A DNA stretch of 64,000 nucleotides from Blepharisma stoltei ATCC 30299. Taxonomy: Eukaryota > Protista > Ciliophora. A program made the position numbers and the translations under genes. The notes beneath the pieces are model-generated. The model was not told the DNA's origin, ran no database searches, and saw nothing but the letters and a program-made list of their open reading frames with translations. The stretch covers positions 620,001 through 684,000 of the forward strand of contig CBFDEM010000058.1 of assembly GCA_965603825.1 (NCBI GenBank), written 5' to 3'. Shown piece after piece: positions 49,964-62,767 of this stretch; position 1 is the stretch's first letter, and every line of letters begins with the position of its first letter.

Positions 49964-52024
49964 TTATAAGAGTCTTCCGTTATTTTTCCCTCTGCAAATC
50001 AGCCATTTCATAGACCTGATTTGAGTCATTATTATATTTCTGTCTTCTTCTTTTATACCATGCTCACAGAGAGTGCTTTCAAAAATCTCAGTATACATAT
50101 TAAACTCTTTTTCAGTTATTCCCATAGATTCATGGGTTGTTTTTATTCTTCTTCTGAAATCGAGGGTTGCACATCCATTAAATAATTTAAACATCCCGTT
50201 AAATATCGTCTGCAAGTTATAATGTTTGAAAAATTTTGTCAATGGGCCACAAACTGTGATTTTTCTATACAATGAGGATATAAATTGGCTTCAAAACACA
50301 TCTCCTCCATAAGACTGAACTAAATTTCTGCTTTTGACTTTTAAAAGTTCAGTGTTCATGTTCATTTCATCAATTTTATCAATTACCTCTGTAAAGCATT
50401 TATTGATGTGATCGTTATATTTATCGTCCCATAATGAATTTGAAGTATTATGGATTAAAATCGGTATTTCCGGCTCAGTTTTGTCTTCTTCTATTGGGTT
50501 ATTGTCAATGATTTCACAAATAGACTCGCTCTTAGGATTATGTCTGGCTTGATAGGCCTTTATACTTTGTTCTTCTATATCAGCAAATCTTGCAATTGAT
50601 GACGGTTTTAGGTTGACAGCATGGTCAATTTTTTGAGAAGCTATGTTCCACCTTTCAAAAAAATCAGATTCTGGTGATTTTTGAGAATCACTTGAAGGAG
50701 AATTTAAATTAAATGGACATTTTTGCATATCGCTTGGGGTTAAACTCATTCGAGAAGGTCTTTTTATGTTATTTTGTGGGGAGCTTATCAGGTAAGGGCA
50801 TTTATTTTGTGAGTCAGGGATGCTATTAATTTGTATATTCAAGTTAAAATTTCTCCCTGAATCTTTAAGTTTCGCTAATTCCATATAAGAAATTGACCGC
50901 CTCTGCATCGATTTCATTGCTAAATCCCCTCTTTTTACAGCTTTCAATTCAGGTAGCATTTTTTGCTGCAAAATGATTTCTTTACAGTCTAAAAACACCC
51001 ATTTTTTATCTTTATCACATATAAAATCAAGCAGGATTTCACTAAGCTCTCCATTTCTATACATATTTTCACATAAAAATTTCGTGACTCTATTAACCAT
51101 AATTTCGACATCGGCAACTTTCATTGTGTCCTCAATTACAGTTACGCTATCTATTTCTCTAGGATTTACAATAGGATTATTAGCATTACTGGCAACACTA
51201 ATAACAGACGATTCTTCACATATGCTTTTTTCTCCATAAAATTCTGGGTGCATTAAAAATTTTTGGGACTCAAAATGCTCAATTTTCGGTTTTTGCTTTT
51301 CTAAAGCTTCGTTGACTTTGAAAGGGTTATTTATTGATTTCGATGTTCTGAAAATCATGTCTGTATATCTAAATTTGCCGCCCATGGTGAGGCTTCTTTT
51401 TTTTATGGATGCTAAAGCCATTGGGTGAGGTTTTTTGACAGTCATTTCTCTCTGTTTAAAACTGTATTTTACTCTGTTTGAAATAAGGAAAAATTTGCTT
51501 TTCATGCCAGCTCGCCAATGGACCCGGATAATTGAGGATGGTTTAGATCTGGACTGAATAAAATGCTGGATTCGGGCTGTAGTGTCGTTATTTGAATTCC
51601 AAAGAGATTCAGCGCTTTCTCTAGAATAGAGAAAGATAGTTTCGTTGCCTAAAGTTTTGTAGCAGTATATTGGGCTTTCATTATCATTTTTTGTATTAAT
51701 TATATTAAAAAATTCAGTATCTGTACAAAGTTTAGAAGTTATAGCACCATATTTATTGCTTTGAAGCGAATAAGGCTGCCCAGTTGTACTTAGTCTTATT
51801 AGTGTTATAGGAATATTGACACAAAAATTATTTGATTTAGCATAGGTCGCAAAAATTCTGTAGGGATCGAACTGCTGGCCATTATACAGTTTTGGGAGAG
51901 AGTTAAATTCCCTTCGATTTGTAAAGTAGTCGTTTACTTTTTGTTGCGGGGTTGGAGTTGCATTGGTAGGGATTTCAATTGAGGTGTTTCCAAGTGAATC
52001 AATTACAATTCCGGTTTCTTCCAT
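49964..52024 (-). CDS. ATP-grasp-like + truncated hemoglobin fusion, copy 9 (686 aa)
   Basis: ATG 52024 (MEETG); TGA 50291 is the conserved W of YGG..FW. Two KCP(Y/F) motifs; globin KTTHESMGI. Confidence 0.92.
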
Positions 52025-52448
52025 GTAATTTTTATAATTTTTAATCTTTAAAATTATTAAAATTATTGTCTGCAAATCAGAGTGATTTTTATTGTCCTAA
52101 TATATGAGTATATCTATCAATACAATAGAAGTAAAATATACCAAAAATAGCCACAAAAATATTTAAAATTATAAAAAGAAATAATTATTCTATTTTAAAG
52201 CTGAAAGATTATTAAAGATATCATGAAAATAAATTAATAAAATCTTTTAAGCTTAAGAAGAATATATCCAAATTCACAAGCCATTTGAGCTGCTATTTTT
52301 TGAATTGTTTATAAAAAATCATTGAGCTATTTTGAAACTTATAAATGGTTTCCGCAAATTTTTATCCCGTTTAATCCTCTATATATTTTATAATTTTTAA
52401 TAATTTGATATCAAATTCTTAATTAAACTGAATTTAATTTAGAACAAT

Positions 52449-54407
52449 TTACGGGAAAGATTGTCTACAAATTAAACACTTCATAGATTTAATTTGGTTC
52501 ATAATTGACTGCCTATCTTCAGGTTCGATTTTGAAAGCTTTTAAAGTATCCTCAAATATAGTGGAATACAAGAAAAAATCTCTTTCTGAAATTCCCAAAA
52601 ATTCGTGAGCTGCTTTAATTTTCCTACGGAATTCCAATGTGGCACATCCATTGAACAATTTTAGCATCCCACCAATAATCATCACAAAGTTAGTATTTTT
52701 GAAGTATTTTTTAAGAGACTCATGGGACATAACTTGATCATACAGTTGGTTTATAAATTGATACCAAAACTCTTCACCGCCATATTTTCTTATTAAATTC
52801 CTCCTCTTTACTCTTAAAAGCTCTGTATTCATATTCATTTCATCAATTTTCCCAATGATATCTAAAAAGCATCGATTAATATACTCATTTGATTTATCAT
52901 TCCACAAGGAATTTGCTTCAGCAGACTTATAAGGACATTGGCTTTTAGAAACCTCAGAGAATTCTTGTTCACTTTCATTAGTTTCTACATTCTGATTTAA
53001 AGAATATCTGTTTTGATAAGCTTTTATGCTCTGCTCTTTTAAGTTCATTGTTCTAACATTTTGAGGCTGTAGTTTAATTATATTATCTAATTTTTGGTTA
53101 ACTTTATTGAATCTTTCCATAAATTCGTTTTCTATTACATTTTGGGATCTTCGATAGAGCTTAGGACTTTCTGAAGCTGGTTTTGACTTATCTTCATCCG
53201 TTGTTTCCCTTTGGTCATCAACTGGTATATCGCCAATTAAAATTGGTTCAGGATTCACAATTTTTTGAGTCCCTCCAAAGGACATTGTCCTTCTCTTTGA
53301 AAGTGGCTCCAGCTCTGTTCTTTTTTTAATTAAAGAATCTGACGGTGACCTGCTGAACGCTGAATATTCTCTGCAGTCTAAAAATACCCATTTTTTCTTT
53401 CTATCTTGAATAAAATCAATAATTATTTCTTTTAGCTCTGAACCTTTAAAGTAATTTCCATTAAGAAAAGCAATTATTTGCTGGACCATGCTTTCAATTT
53501 CTATAACTTTTGTGCTGTCTTCTATGACAAAAAAACTATCTGGAGCCTTGGTATTTACAATAGGGTTTGAGCCATCCTCATTAGATGGCAAGCTATCTAA
53601 GCCTTTAGGGCTTTCTAAAAGTCCTAATAACCGGTTTTCATTAGTATCAATTGCCATCATTCTTGAGAATTTCTTTTTTTTGGTAGTTTTTGCAAGAGGA
53701 TTTACATTAAAAGGGTTGTTAATGGACTTAGAAGTTTTTGATATTAAATCTGACCATTTGAAGTCTCCAACCATAGTCAGACTCCTTTTTTTCCTATTAG
53801 CGACTGGTGTTTGCGTTTTTTTCATATTGACGCTTGAGTTACATTTAGGGTTTTCCCTATTTATTATTACAAAATGCTGACTTTTGGACCCGATTTTCCA
53901 ATAAACACGAGTAATCGCAGCATTTTTTGTCTGACAAGCAGTAAAATGCTGCATCATGCATACAGGCTCAGTCGATTGTCTCCATACCTCTTCAGCACTT
54001 TCTTTTGAATACAGAAAAACAGTATCTGTATTAGGGATTTTATAGCAATATAAAGGAATATCTTGTGAGATCTTTTCAGGGCTTAGTAAAAAGAACTCTT
54101 GATCGAGACATAGCCGAGACATAACTGTCCCATTTTTATTGCTTTGCACAAGGAAAGGATAATTAGAATCTTCAATGCGGATTAATGTTGTGGGGACGTT
54201 GATGTTTAAAAGACTACTATTGGCGTGGAGGGCTAGCAGCTTAAATAAACTAAGCTGTTGGCTGTTTGAGATTTTTGGTAAAACAACATGGGCTCTTTTC
54301 ATTGGGCTGTATTCAAGGTGCCTTAGATTGGCATCTATTGATAATCTCATTGATCTTCGGGACAGAGATGACTCGCTTACAGATGCCATAAGTTTTGTGT
54401 CTGCCAT
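52449..54407 (-). CDS. ATP-grasp-like + truncated hemoglobin fusion, copy 10 (652 aa, no TGA codons)
   Basis: Uninterrupted ORF containing the whole architecture. It shows the fusion is real and does not depend on the code assumption. Confidence 0.95.
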   Translation of the reverse strand: MADTKLMASVSESSLSRRSMRLSIDANLRHLEYSPMKRAHVVLPKISNSQQLSLFKLLALHANSSLLNINVPTTLIRIEDSNYPFLVQSNKNGTVMSRLCLDQEFFLLSPEKISQDIPLYCYKIPNTDTVFLYSKESAEEVWRQSTEPVCMMQHFTACQTKNAAITRVYWKIGSKSQHFVIINRENPKCNSSVNMKKTQTPVANRKKRSLTMVGDFKWSDLISKTSKSINNPFNVNPLAKTTKKKKFSRMMAIDTNENRLLGLLESPKGLDSLPSNEDGSNPIVNTKAPDSFFVIEDSTKVIEIESMVQQIIAFLNGNYFKGSELKEIIIDFIQDRKKKWVFLDCREYSAFSRSPSDSLIKKRTELEPLSKRRTMSFGGTQKIVNPEPILIGDIPVDDQRETTDEDKSKPASESPKLYRRSQNVIENEFMERFNKVNQKLDNIIKLQPQNVRTMNLKEQSIKAYQNRYSLNQNVETNESEQEFSEVSKSQCPYKSAEANSLWNDKSNEYINRCFLDIIGKIDEMNMNTELLRVKRRNLIRKYGGEEFWYQFINQLYDQVMSHESLKKYFKNTNFVMIIGGMLKLFNGCATLEFRRKIKAAHEFLGISERDFFLYSTIFEDTLKAFKIEPEDRQSIMNQIKSMKCLICRQSFP

Positions 54408-54840
54408 TTCGAATTTATTTTAAGGTTTTAATTAGCTTTCAATAACCATTTATTGGCAGGTTAATTTACAGTTAATAGATAATTATTAAGAGAAATTTAT
54501 TTGATATTATCATATGTTGTATATTTTTGAAAATTATATTATTTATGTATATGTAATTGTTTAGAAGTTTTGGCTTTCTAAATTTTATTATTTTATTGAG
54601 AATTGAAATGGTGAATTTAATAATGTGAAATTTAATATATCACTTGGGAAATTGGCTGAATATACAAAAGTTGATTTATTTGGTATTTTTGATGATTTTT
54701 ATTATGCAAATTATATTTTTCAGGCCCATAGATAATAATTTTAAATTAAACCTTTAATCACTAATAATAAAAATCTTATACGAATAATTATTTATATTGA
54801 TAATAATTTGAGCAATAATAAATAAAAATATTAATTTACT

Positions 54841-56778
54841 TTATGAATTCCCTGCATGAAATTGGCATATCAGACATCTCATCGATCTGATCTGCGTCAT
54901 TATCACTCTTTTATCCCCTTCTTCAATTTTGAACTCATTCAATGTACTTTCAAAAAAATCCGAATACACATTAAACTCCTTTTCACTAATCCCCATATTT
55001 TGATGTGCTGCCTTTATTCTTCTCCTAAACTCCAACGTGGCACACCCATTAAAAACCTTAAACATCCCTACAATTATCATATCCAAATTTCTCCCATTAA
55101 AAAAAGTATGTAGATTTGACTCTTTTGACACAATTTTTTTATATAAAGACCGGATAAATTGGTTCCAAAAATCATCGCCTCCGTATTTTCCTACCAAATT
55201 TTGATGCTTTACCTTAAGAAGCTCAGTATTCATGTTCATTTCGTCAATTCTGCCTATGACGTCTGCAAAACATTTGTGAATGTGGAGGTTGTCGTCGTTT
55301 TTTCATAATGAATTTGAGGTAGGCTGAGGGGTATTGGAGACTAAAGGACTTATAACATGCTCTGCTTCTAGATTTGGAGTGGCTGGCTCAATTATTGTGC
55401 CGTGTCTTGCATTATATCTGGTTTGGTAAGATTTGATGCTTTGCTCTTTGTCGTCTTTTATATAGGAAGGCTTTAAGTTTACAATTTTGCCTAATTTTTC
55501 GTTGACTTTGTGTCACCTGTCAAATAAGTCTTGCTCTTTGTTGCTGGCAGGACTGGGAGCAGGGAGCGGAGATGATCGAATCATAAAAGCGCAAGGGTGG
55601 CTATGCTCAGCATGAGTTAAGACTAGCGGATTAATTTTGGTCTCAGGTCGTAGAATGCTTTTCAGTATGTTTACATCCCCATTAGAGCTTGTCCGCCTTT
55701 TAATTTTTGATTTTTTTCCATTCTCATAAGGAGTTTTACTTCGTCCTACAGAAACTTCTTTACAATCCAGCAAAACTCATTTATGTTGTCTACAAGGAAT
55801 AAAATCCAAAATAATCCCATTTACCTCTTCTTCTTTATATACATTTGAATTTAAAAATAAAATCACTTGCTCTATAAGCATATCTAGCTCAGCTCCTTTG
55901 CTTGAGTCTTCTAAAACTAGTATGTTTTCGGGTATTTTAGGATTTACAATCAAATTATTTTGATCGTGAAAATGAAAATCTTTGAGGTCTGGGTGCCTTT
56001 CTTCTTGAAATTTATTTGCCGTCATTATCCTATCGGATCTTGTTTTTTCTCTTCTTAGAGTTCTAAAAGACATCGCAACTTTAAATGGGTTATTTATCGA
56101 CCTTGATGTCTGGTGCAGCATATCTGTATATTTAAAGTCTCCTAATAGACTTAAACTCTTTTTCCTCTGATACAAACTAGGCGTGGCAGGGGCCTTTTTA
56201 GGGCTTTCACTCATATTATTGGCAATATGAATTCTATTTATAATTGTAAAATATTTTGATTTCATGCCTGATCTTCATACAACTCTTATTATTGACCTCG
56301 GATTTGACTGACACTCTACAAAATTCTGCATCATAGCTGTTAGATCCTTAGCAGAATTTCAAAAATTTTCTGCATTTTCTTTAGAGTTAAACAAAATACT
56401 ATCTTTATTAGGAGATTTATACAAGTAGCCACGCCCTTCACAATTTTTGGTTTTATGCTTGAAAATAAAAAAATCGTTGTCTTTGCATTGCCTTGAACAA
56501 AGAATTCCATTATTTTTTGTTCTCAGTAAACAAGGGACTGATATTTCTTCTGATTTTATAAGTGTAGTAGGCAGATTAATGTTAAATTCTCCTGAATTAG
56601 CGTATAATGCAAAGAGAGTAAAAATATTGAGGGGTTTGCCATTTGCAAGCTTTGGGAGAATATTGAAATTCCTTGTAGCATGGTCTCCTGGCTTTTGATG
56701 AATATTTGTGGAGCTTCTTAACGAGGTTCTGCTAATTGATGCTGTGGTAGGCTCGGAGTGGATTTTAAGCTCTTCCAT
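54841..56778 (-). CDS. ATP-grasp-like + truncated hemoglobin fusion, copy 11 (645 aa)
   Basis: Four in-frame ORFs joined by TGA-Trp, ATG 56778 (MEELK). Globin KAAHQNMGI. Confidence 0.9.
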
Positions 56779-57193
56779 CGTGATTGGGTGATAAAATATT
56801 TGTATCAAAAAACATGGCTATAATACTTAATAAATCTATTCAGTATTTTATAAAAACTCACAATAATTTTTCTATCTATTATCAGATTTTTAGGAATTTG
56901 TCTAAATATAGATTATATTAAGCATCTATATTACTGATTTAAAGATTTTATCTATCGAATGAATGCTTTTTGCTGGCCAATAATGAAAATTTTATACTTA
57001 TATATTTTTAAGTTTTGACTATCTATTTCAAATAATTCCCACAAAACTCAAAAATCCAGCCCATTTTCTATATTTTAATCATTATTGTAAAGGTTTTTCT
57101 ATAATCCCTATAACCTAAAAATCCTCAATAATTTTCAAAAAAAAATCTCTATCAACATCATAACTTCATAAATTAATTTTATACATAAGCTAT

Positions 57194-59155
57194 CTAAAGT
57201 ACTGTGTGTCTGCAAATTAGACATTTCATAGACTTGATCTGTGACATAATAACGTGCTTATCCCTCTCATCAACCTCAAACTCATCAAGAGTATCTTCAA
57301 ATATCTTTACATACAGCAAAAAATTACTTTCACTAATCCCTAACGACGTATGGGAAGACCTGACATTTCTCCTGAACTCCAATGTGGCGCATCCATTGAA
57401 AATTTTAAACATCCCGTCTACTATCATTTTCATATTTGGGTGCTTAAAATAGCTTTTTAATGATTCATAAGTCAGCACTTTTTGATATAAAGACCCTATA
57501 AACCGATTTCAAAACTCGTCTCCGCCGTATTTTCCCACAATATTGTGACTTTTTACTTTTAAAAGTTCAGTGTTCATCTTCATTTCGTCTAAATGATTGA
57601 TTCCGTCTGATATAAGCTTTCGGGTATGGTCAAGAATTTTGTCATTAAATACAGCATTTGTGGTTGATTCCTGCTTGGTAATGGATGGGGTTTCTATAAT
57701 AGAAGGTTCTGGTTTTGGCTGAGAGGAGTTAAATGAGTAATTTTCAAGCTGAAATCTGTTTTGATAAGACTTCATGCTTTGCTCTTTTAGATTGACGTCT
57801 TTTAAGTAGCTCATAGGATTTAGGCTTGCTATTTGTTCTAATTTTTCATTGACTTTGTTACATCTTTCAAGAAGCTCTTTTTCTGAACAGTTCATTTTGG
57901 CTTGAGTAAGCTTATTACGGGTAGTCCGAATCCTAAATGGGAGTTTAATTTTATCATCCACGACAGAATGGCGCTTTTCTTGTTCAATAGAATCAATTTC
58001 TGAGCATATAGGAGAATCTGGCTTGCTTTCACATAGTTTCAATGTAACAGAAGACTTGCTTCTCCGTTTCTGAGGCAATTTAGCATCATTTCTTGCTAAA
58101 TCAGAAATTTCTGCAGGAAGTTTGCTATTTAAACTAATTTCTTTACAATTGAGAAATACTCATTTATTTTCTTTATCATTTAAAAATTCAAAAATAGCTC
58201 CTTTCAGCTCTTCTTCTTTAAAAACGTGCGCATTTAAAAAATATACGATTTCGTTAATCATTAATTCTATTTCAGGGACCTTATTTTTGCTTTCTACAAC
58301 AACAAAGCCTTCTGGGTCATTTATATTGATAATTTGTTTTTTCTTTTTATGTATTTCTGCTGATGAGTCTTCTGATCTTGATTTTTTAGGTAACTGTGGC
58401 TCATCTATAATTATTTCTGATGATGCCACTTTCGGTCTTTCTTTTAGGTTCGATTTTGACAGAGAATTTACTTTGAAAGGATTATTTATAGATTTTGACG
58501 TCCTAAACATCATATCTGTATACCTGAAATCAATACTCTGAGACACATTTTTTTTCCTTTTGAAAGATGATGCAGGACAAGTAACTCTTTTTTGAGTATC
58601 TCTTGACCGAATTATAGGCTTATCACAACTAATTATGCTATAATACTTAGACGCCATTCCTAGCCTCCACAATACCCTTGTTATTGAAACAGGCTTCGAA
58701 ATGCATTCTACATGACACTGCATTATCCCTGATAAATCCTTGGAAGATTTCCAAAAATCCTCTGCGCTTGTTTTCGATTGAAAAACAAGGCTTTCTCTGA
58801 ACAAAGACTTGTATAAGTAAATTTGTGAGTCTGGGGTTTTATTTTTGTGACTGAAAACAAAAAACTCATTGTGGCTGCAGGATCGGCAGTGAAGCATACC
58901 ATTGCTTTTGGTCCTGAGTAAGCAGTGGTTTGGAAGGTCTTCGGACTTAATGAGGGTGGTAGGGATATTTACATTGAAATTTCCAGAGTTGGAATAGAGG
59001 GCAAAGAAGTTATAGATATTGATAGGTTTTCCATTAAATAGCTTTGGGAGGGAGTTGAGTCCTTTTTTAGGGGTTTCTGTGAATTTTTGATGTGTAATTG
59101 CGTATGAGGTTTTATGGGAATTGTGATCTGGGCTGGATTTAAGCTCTTCTTCCAT
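57194..59155 (-). CDS. ATP-grasp-like + truncated hemoglobin fusion, copy 12 (653 aa)
   Basis: Three in-frame ORFs joined at TGA 58160 and 57509, both at family-conserved W. Globin RSSHTSLGI. Confidence 0.92.
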
Positions 59156-59696
59156 CAAGCTTTATAAATTATGTATAAGCCACGAAAGATGGTCATAAGT
59201 TTGAATTTAATAAAGGTTATTTAGATGCGAAATTTTTTATAAAAAATACAAGAAAAGTGCGCAATATCGCTTGTGTTTGATATAAAAAGACAATGAGTTT
59301 GAGAATTTATAGATACTTATCGGTATTTTGTAATTTTTTTTAGTTTATTATTTGTAAAAAAGATGAATAGTAGACAATTTTAAAGAACTTATTGAGAACG
59401 AATAAATTAAAAATATTGTGCCACTTCTATAGCAAATGACTATATTAATTACTGTTGCTTTAACTATTATTGTTTATATTGCAGATAGCAGAAATTAACA
59501 AATTTTATATTTGTCTTTATCAGGTCTGATACTTATTATAGTTGTATTTTATAAAAAATTTCTTATCTCAGACTATTATATAAACTTTTTGAAATTGCAT
59601 GGTTAAAAATTCCAAGCATTTTTTAAATATCAAAAAATATGATTTGAATTTATATAAAGAGTAAATATCAGCCATTTTAAAAATTTTCTGATTAAA

Positions 59697-59996
59697 ATGG
59701 GCTGCTGTCATGGGACGTCTCTTGATAAAAGTGAGCTTTTAATGAACAACAGCACAGACACCATATGTGATAACGCCGCAAAAGCTTTAGCTTTTAGCTC
59801 AGCTGAAACAAAATCAAAAATTAATAGCAGCATAGATTGGACAAACCCCTATCATAACTTAAGATTCTCTACTTTTTCAAATCAATCAAGGATTTCTGAC
59901 ACATTAAATATTGAAATTGTTGATTTGCCGCTACCCAGGGAATCTAGTCTAAGCAATAATCATACTCAATCAGAGAATAAAAATAATTATGTGTAA
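59697..59996 (+). CDS. Small protein, 99 aa, with N-terminal MGCC dual-acylation (myristoyl/palmitoyl) signal
   Basis: ATG-TAA ORF in an otherwise AT-rich spacer; MGCCHGTS N-terminus. Confidence 0.7.
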   Translation: MGCCHGTSLDKSELLMNNSTDTICDNAAKALAFSSAETKSKINSSIDWTNPYHNLRFSTFSNQSRISDTLNIEIVDLPLPRESSLSNNHTQSENKNNYV

Positions 59997-60068
59997 TAAT
60001 ATAAAATAAAATTTGTTAGAACTTAAAAAATATTTATCATAAATATATTTAATTATATTCAAATAAGC

Positions 60069-62129
60069 TTAAGCAGCTCCTTGTTTGAATATCAAAGTTT
60101 TCAACGACTTGATTTGCGCCATCATAATGCCTTTATCGAATTCATTTACTTGATATTCTAGCAGCGTATTTTCATAAATGTCACTGAAATTGTAAAACTC
60201 TTTTTCTGAAAGCCCCAAAGATTGGTGAGCTGCTCTTACTCTTCTTCTGAACTTAGGGCTAATTGTCCCATTAAATAAGTTAAACATCCCAGACACAATC
60301 ATTTTAAAATTTTCAAGCTTTGCGCCTTTAAAATATTTGCTGAGAAATTCACTTTCAAGGATTTTATTATAAAGTGACAGTATGAACTGATCCCAAAATA
60401 ATTTTCCACCATATTTTTCAACTAAATTTTCATTTCTAACTTTTGTCGCCTGCGTGTTTAGGTTCATTTCATCTAAATTATCAATAACGGCATTAATATG
60501 ATTTTTTGCATAAGTATCAACCATGTTAGAAAACGATGGATTTTTTGCTTTTGCGGAATTATCAATTTCTAATGTAGACTTATTTATGAGAGGGTTTTTG
60601 CTTCTTGATAAACTGAATTGGCATGACATAGGGCTGGCACCTGCTGAATAGAATGGGCACTTTTTGGCTTCGTTTAGGATTGTATTTGCGTTTATCTCAC
60701 CTTCTTTATTCAAGATTTTATCCGGTTTTTCATTTAATTTAGAGTATTTATCAAAAATCTCATTCTCAGGAATTTCAGCTAAAGGTATAAGCTTATTTGA
60801 TTTATTTCTGTATTTTCCAGCTAAAGAGCTTTGGGAATCTGCAAGTTTTCTAATTGACTCAAGTTCTGGCACTTCAGTAATAGACTCTTCTACTTTGAGA
60901 TGGCTTAAATCAACCGACATAGTTCTCTGTTTTCTGAAGCATGCTTTTTTAGGCTCAGGAGTTTTAAGAGATTCAAATCTGCTTAAATTTGTATTTAAGC
61001 CATTTGAAAATTCTTTACATTTTAATAAAAACCATTTTTTGTCCCTGTTTTGTATGAAATCAAGGACAATTCCTTTGACATTATCCTCTTTAAAAGGATG
61101 TCTATTTAAAAATTCAATAATTTGGGCAGTCATTGCGTTAATTTCAGAAAATTGCCCTTTGGTTTCAACGACGAAGCAATTTTCGATTTTTTTTGAATTT
61201 ACCAAGAAATCATTGCTGTTATCCTTGTTTAGTTGCCCAATTAATGTATTTTTTGCCTCTTTAGGGGGGTTAAGACTAGCATAAAATTCTTCAGGTGTGC
61301 TATGAGAAAATGACTGTGACCTCCTTTTTTGTTTTGATTTTAATACTGGCTCTTTCTCACTTTTTACCTTAAAAGGATTGTTTATAGATTGAGAGGTTTT
61401 TTTGAGCAAAGTCCTATAGTCAAAAGTAGAAAATCTTCTCTTTTGATTATAATTAGGATCAACAGCTATTGGCTTAGTTTCATTTTTTGCTGCTCGCTTT
61501 ATTTTTTTATGATTAATGATAGAAAAATATTTGATTTTCGCTCCATCTACCCACAAGACTCTTATAATTGATGGAGGGTTCGATAAACTCTGTATGCAAT
61601 GCTGCATTTTTGCAGGCTCTTTTGAAGAATTTCATACAGATTTGGCAGAATCATTTGAGTAAATAAGATCTCCTTCTTTATTCAAAGCTTTATAAACATA
61701 GAGTGAGGTATTTTCGTTATCCTCAAAAAATCGTTCAGTTTCTATATTAAAATATTCCTCCTCATTGCAAGGTCTTGCAATTACTTTCCCATTTTTTATA
61801 GTCTGAACTAAAAATGAAACAGGCAAATTTCCATTTCTGACCATTGTAGTAGGAATATTAACATTAAGACTACCGACGTCTGAATACTTTATAAAAGTAT
61901 CAAAAATGTCTAATTTTCTTTGATTAGAAGTATTTGACAGTAGGCTATTGAATTTCTTGGTATTATTTATTTTTAAGTATTCAGAACTGCTTCTGATACA
62001 TTTGACATAGGAGTCTGATGATTCCTTTATCAAAGAAACGATATCTTCTCTTGCATTTTTAATTTCTTCATGTTCAAAAGCTTTTTGATGAAGAAAATTC
62101 AGCTTCTCTAACTTAGTTGGCAAGTCCAT
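60069..62129 (-). CDS. ATP-grasp-like + truncated hemoglobin fusion, copy 13 (686 aa)
   Basis: Joined at TGA 61632. ATG 62129 (MDLP) matches the MEVP/MDIP starts of paralogs; an upstream in-frame ATG exists at 62201. KKCPFY; globin RAAHQSLGL. Confidence 0.92.
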
Positions 62130-62767
62130 TATTATAACAAAAAATGATATAAAAAAAAGTGTTGTATATGTAGGTATGCCAATTTGCTTAAACTTTTGCA
62201 TAATATGGGCTGTTAAAAATTATAAACTTGTTTTTTATTGTAATTGATTTCTAATTAATTTTATTTTCCAATAAATCTATTTTTTGAGATTTTATTTAAA
62301 ACAATTTTATATCAGAATTGCTATATTTAAGAGCTGAAGTAGTTATAAGAATTATAAATAAATTCTGGCATTTAAATAATGATTTCTGATGCTGTTAAAT
62401 TAAAACAGTTAATAAAATAAAAGGAATTCTGCAGAAAGAAAGAAAGAAATACGTATTTGCTCTAGAATTTTTATATTAAAAATAGAGCACCAAGATCAAC
62501 TTTATTACTGCGAGATTTCATCTATCTGTTCTTTTATTCATCTACTTCAAGTCATATGATTAATTCCCAAGTGATAGAATGCTGGCTTTGCATTCATTTT
62601 TTGTTAAAGATTCGTCATTGAAATAGACAATTCCCACATGATTATTTCATAGTCTCTAATTTATTTTTTTAATAAAACACTTATTAAGCTATCTATTAAC
62701 TTCAAAACTGTCCGTTTGCATTTTCGCTTAAATTTTACCTATGGTATATTTAATTATTCAATTAAAC

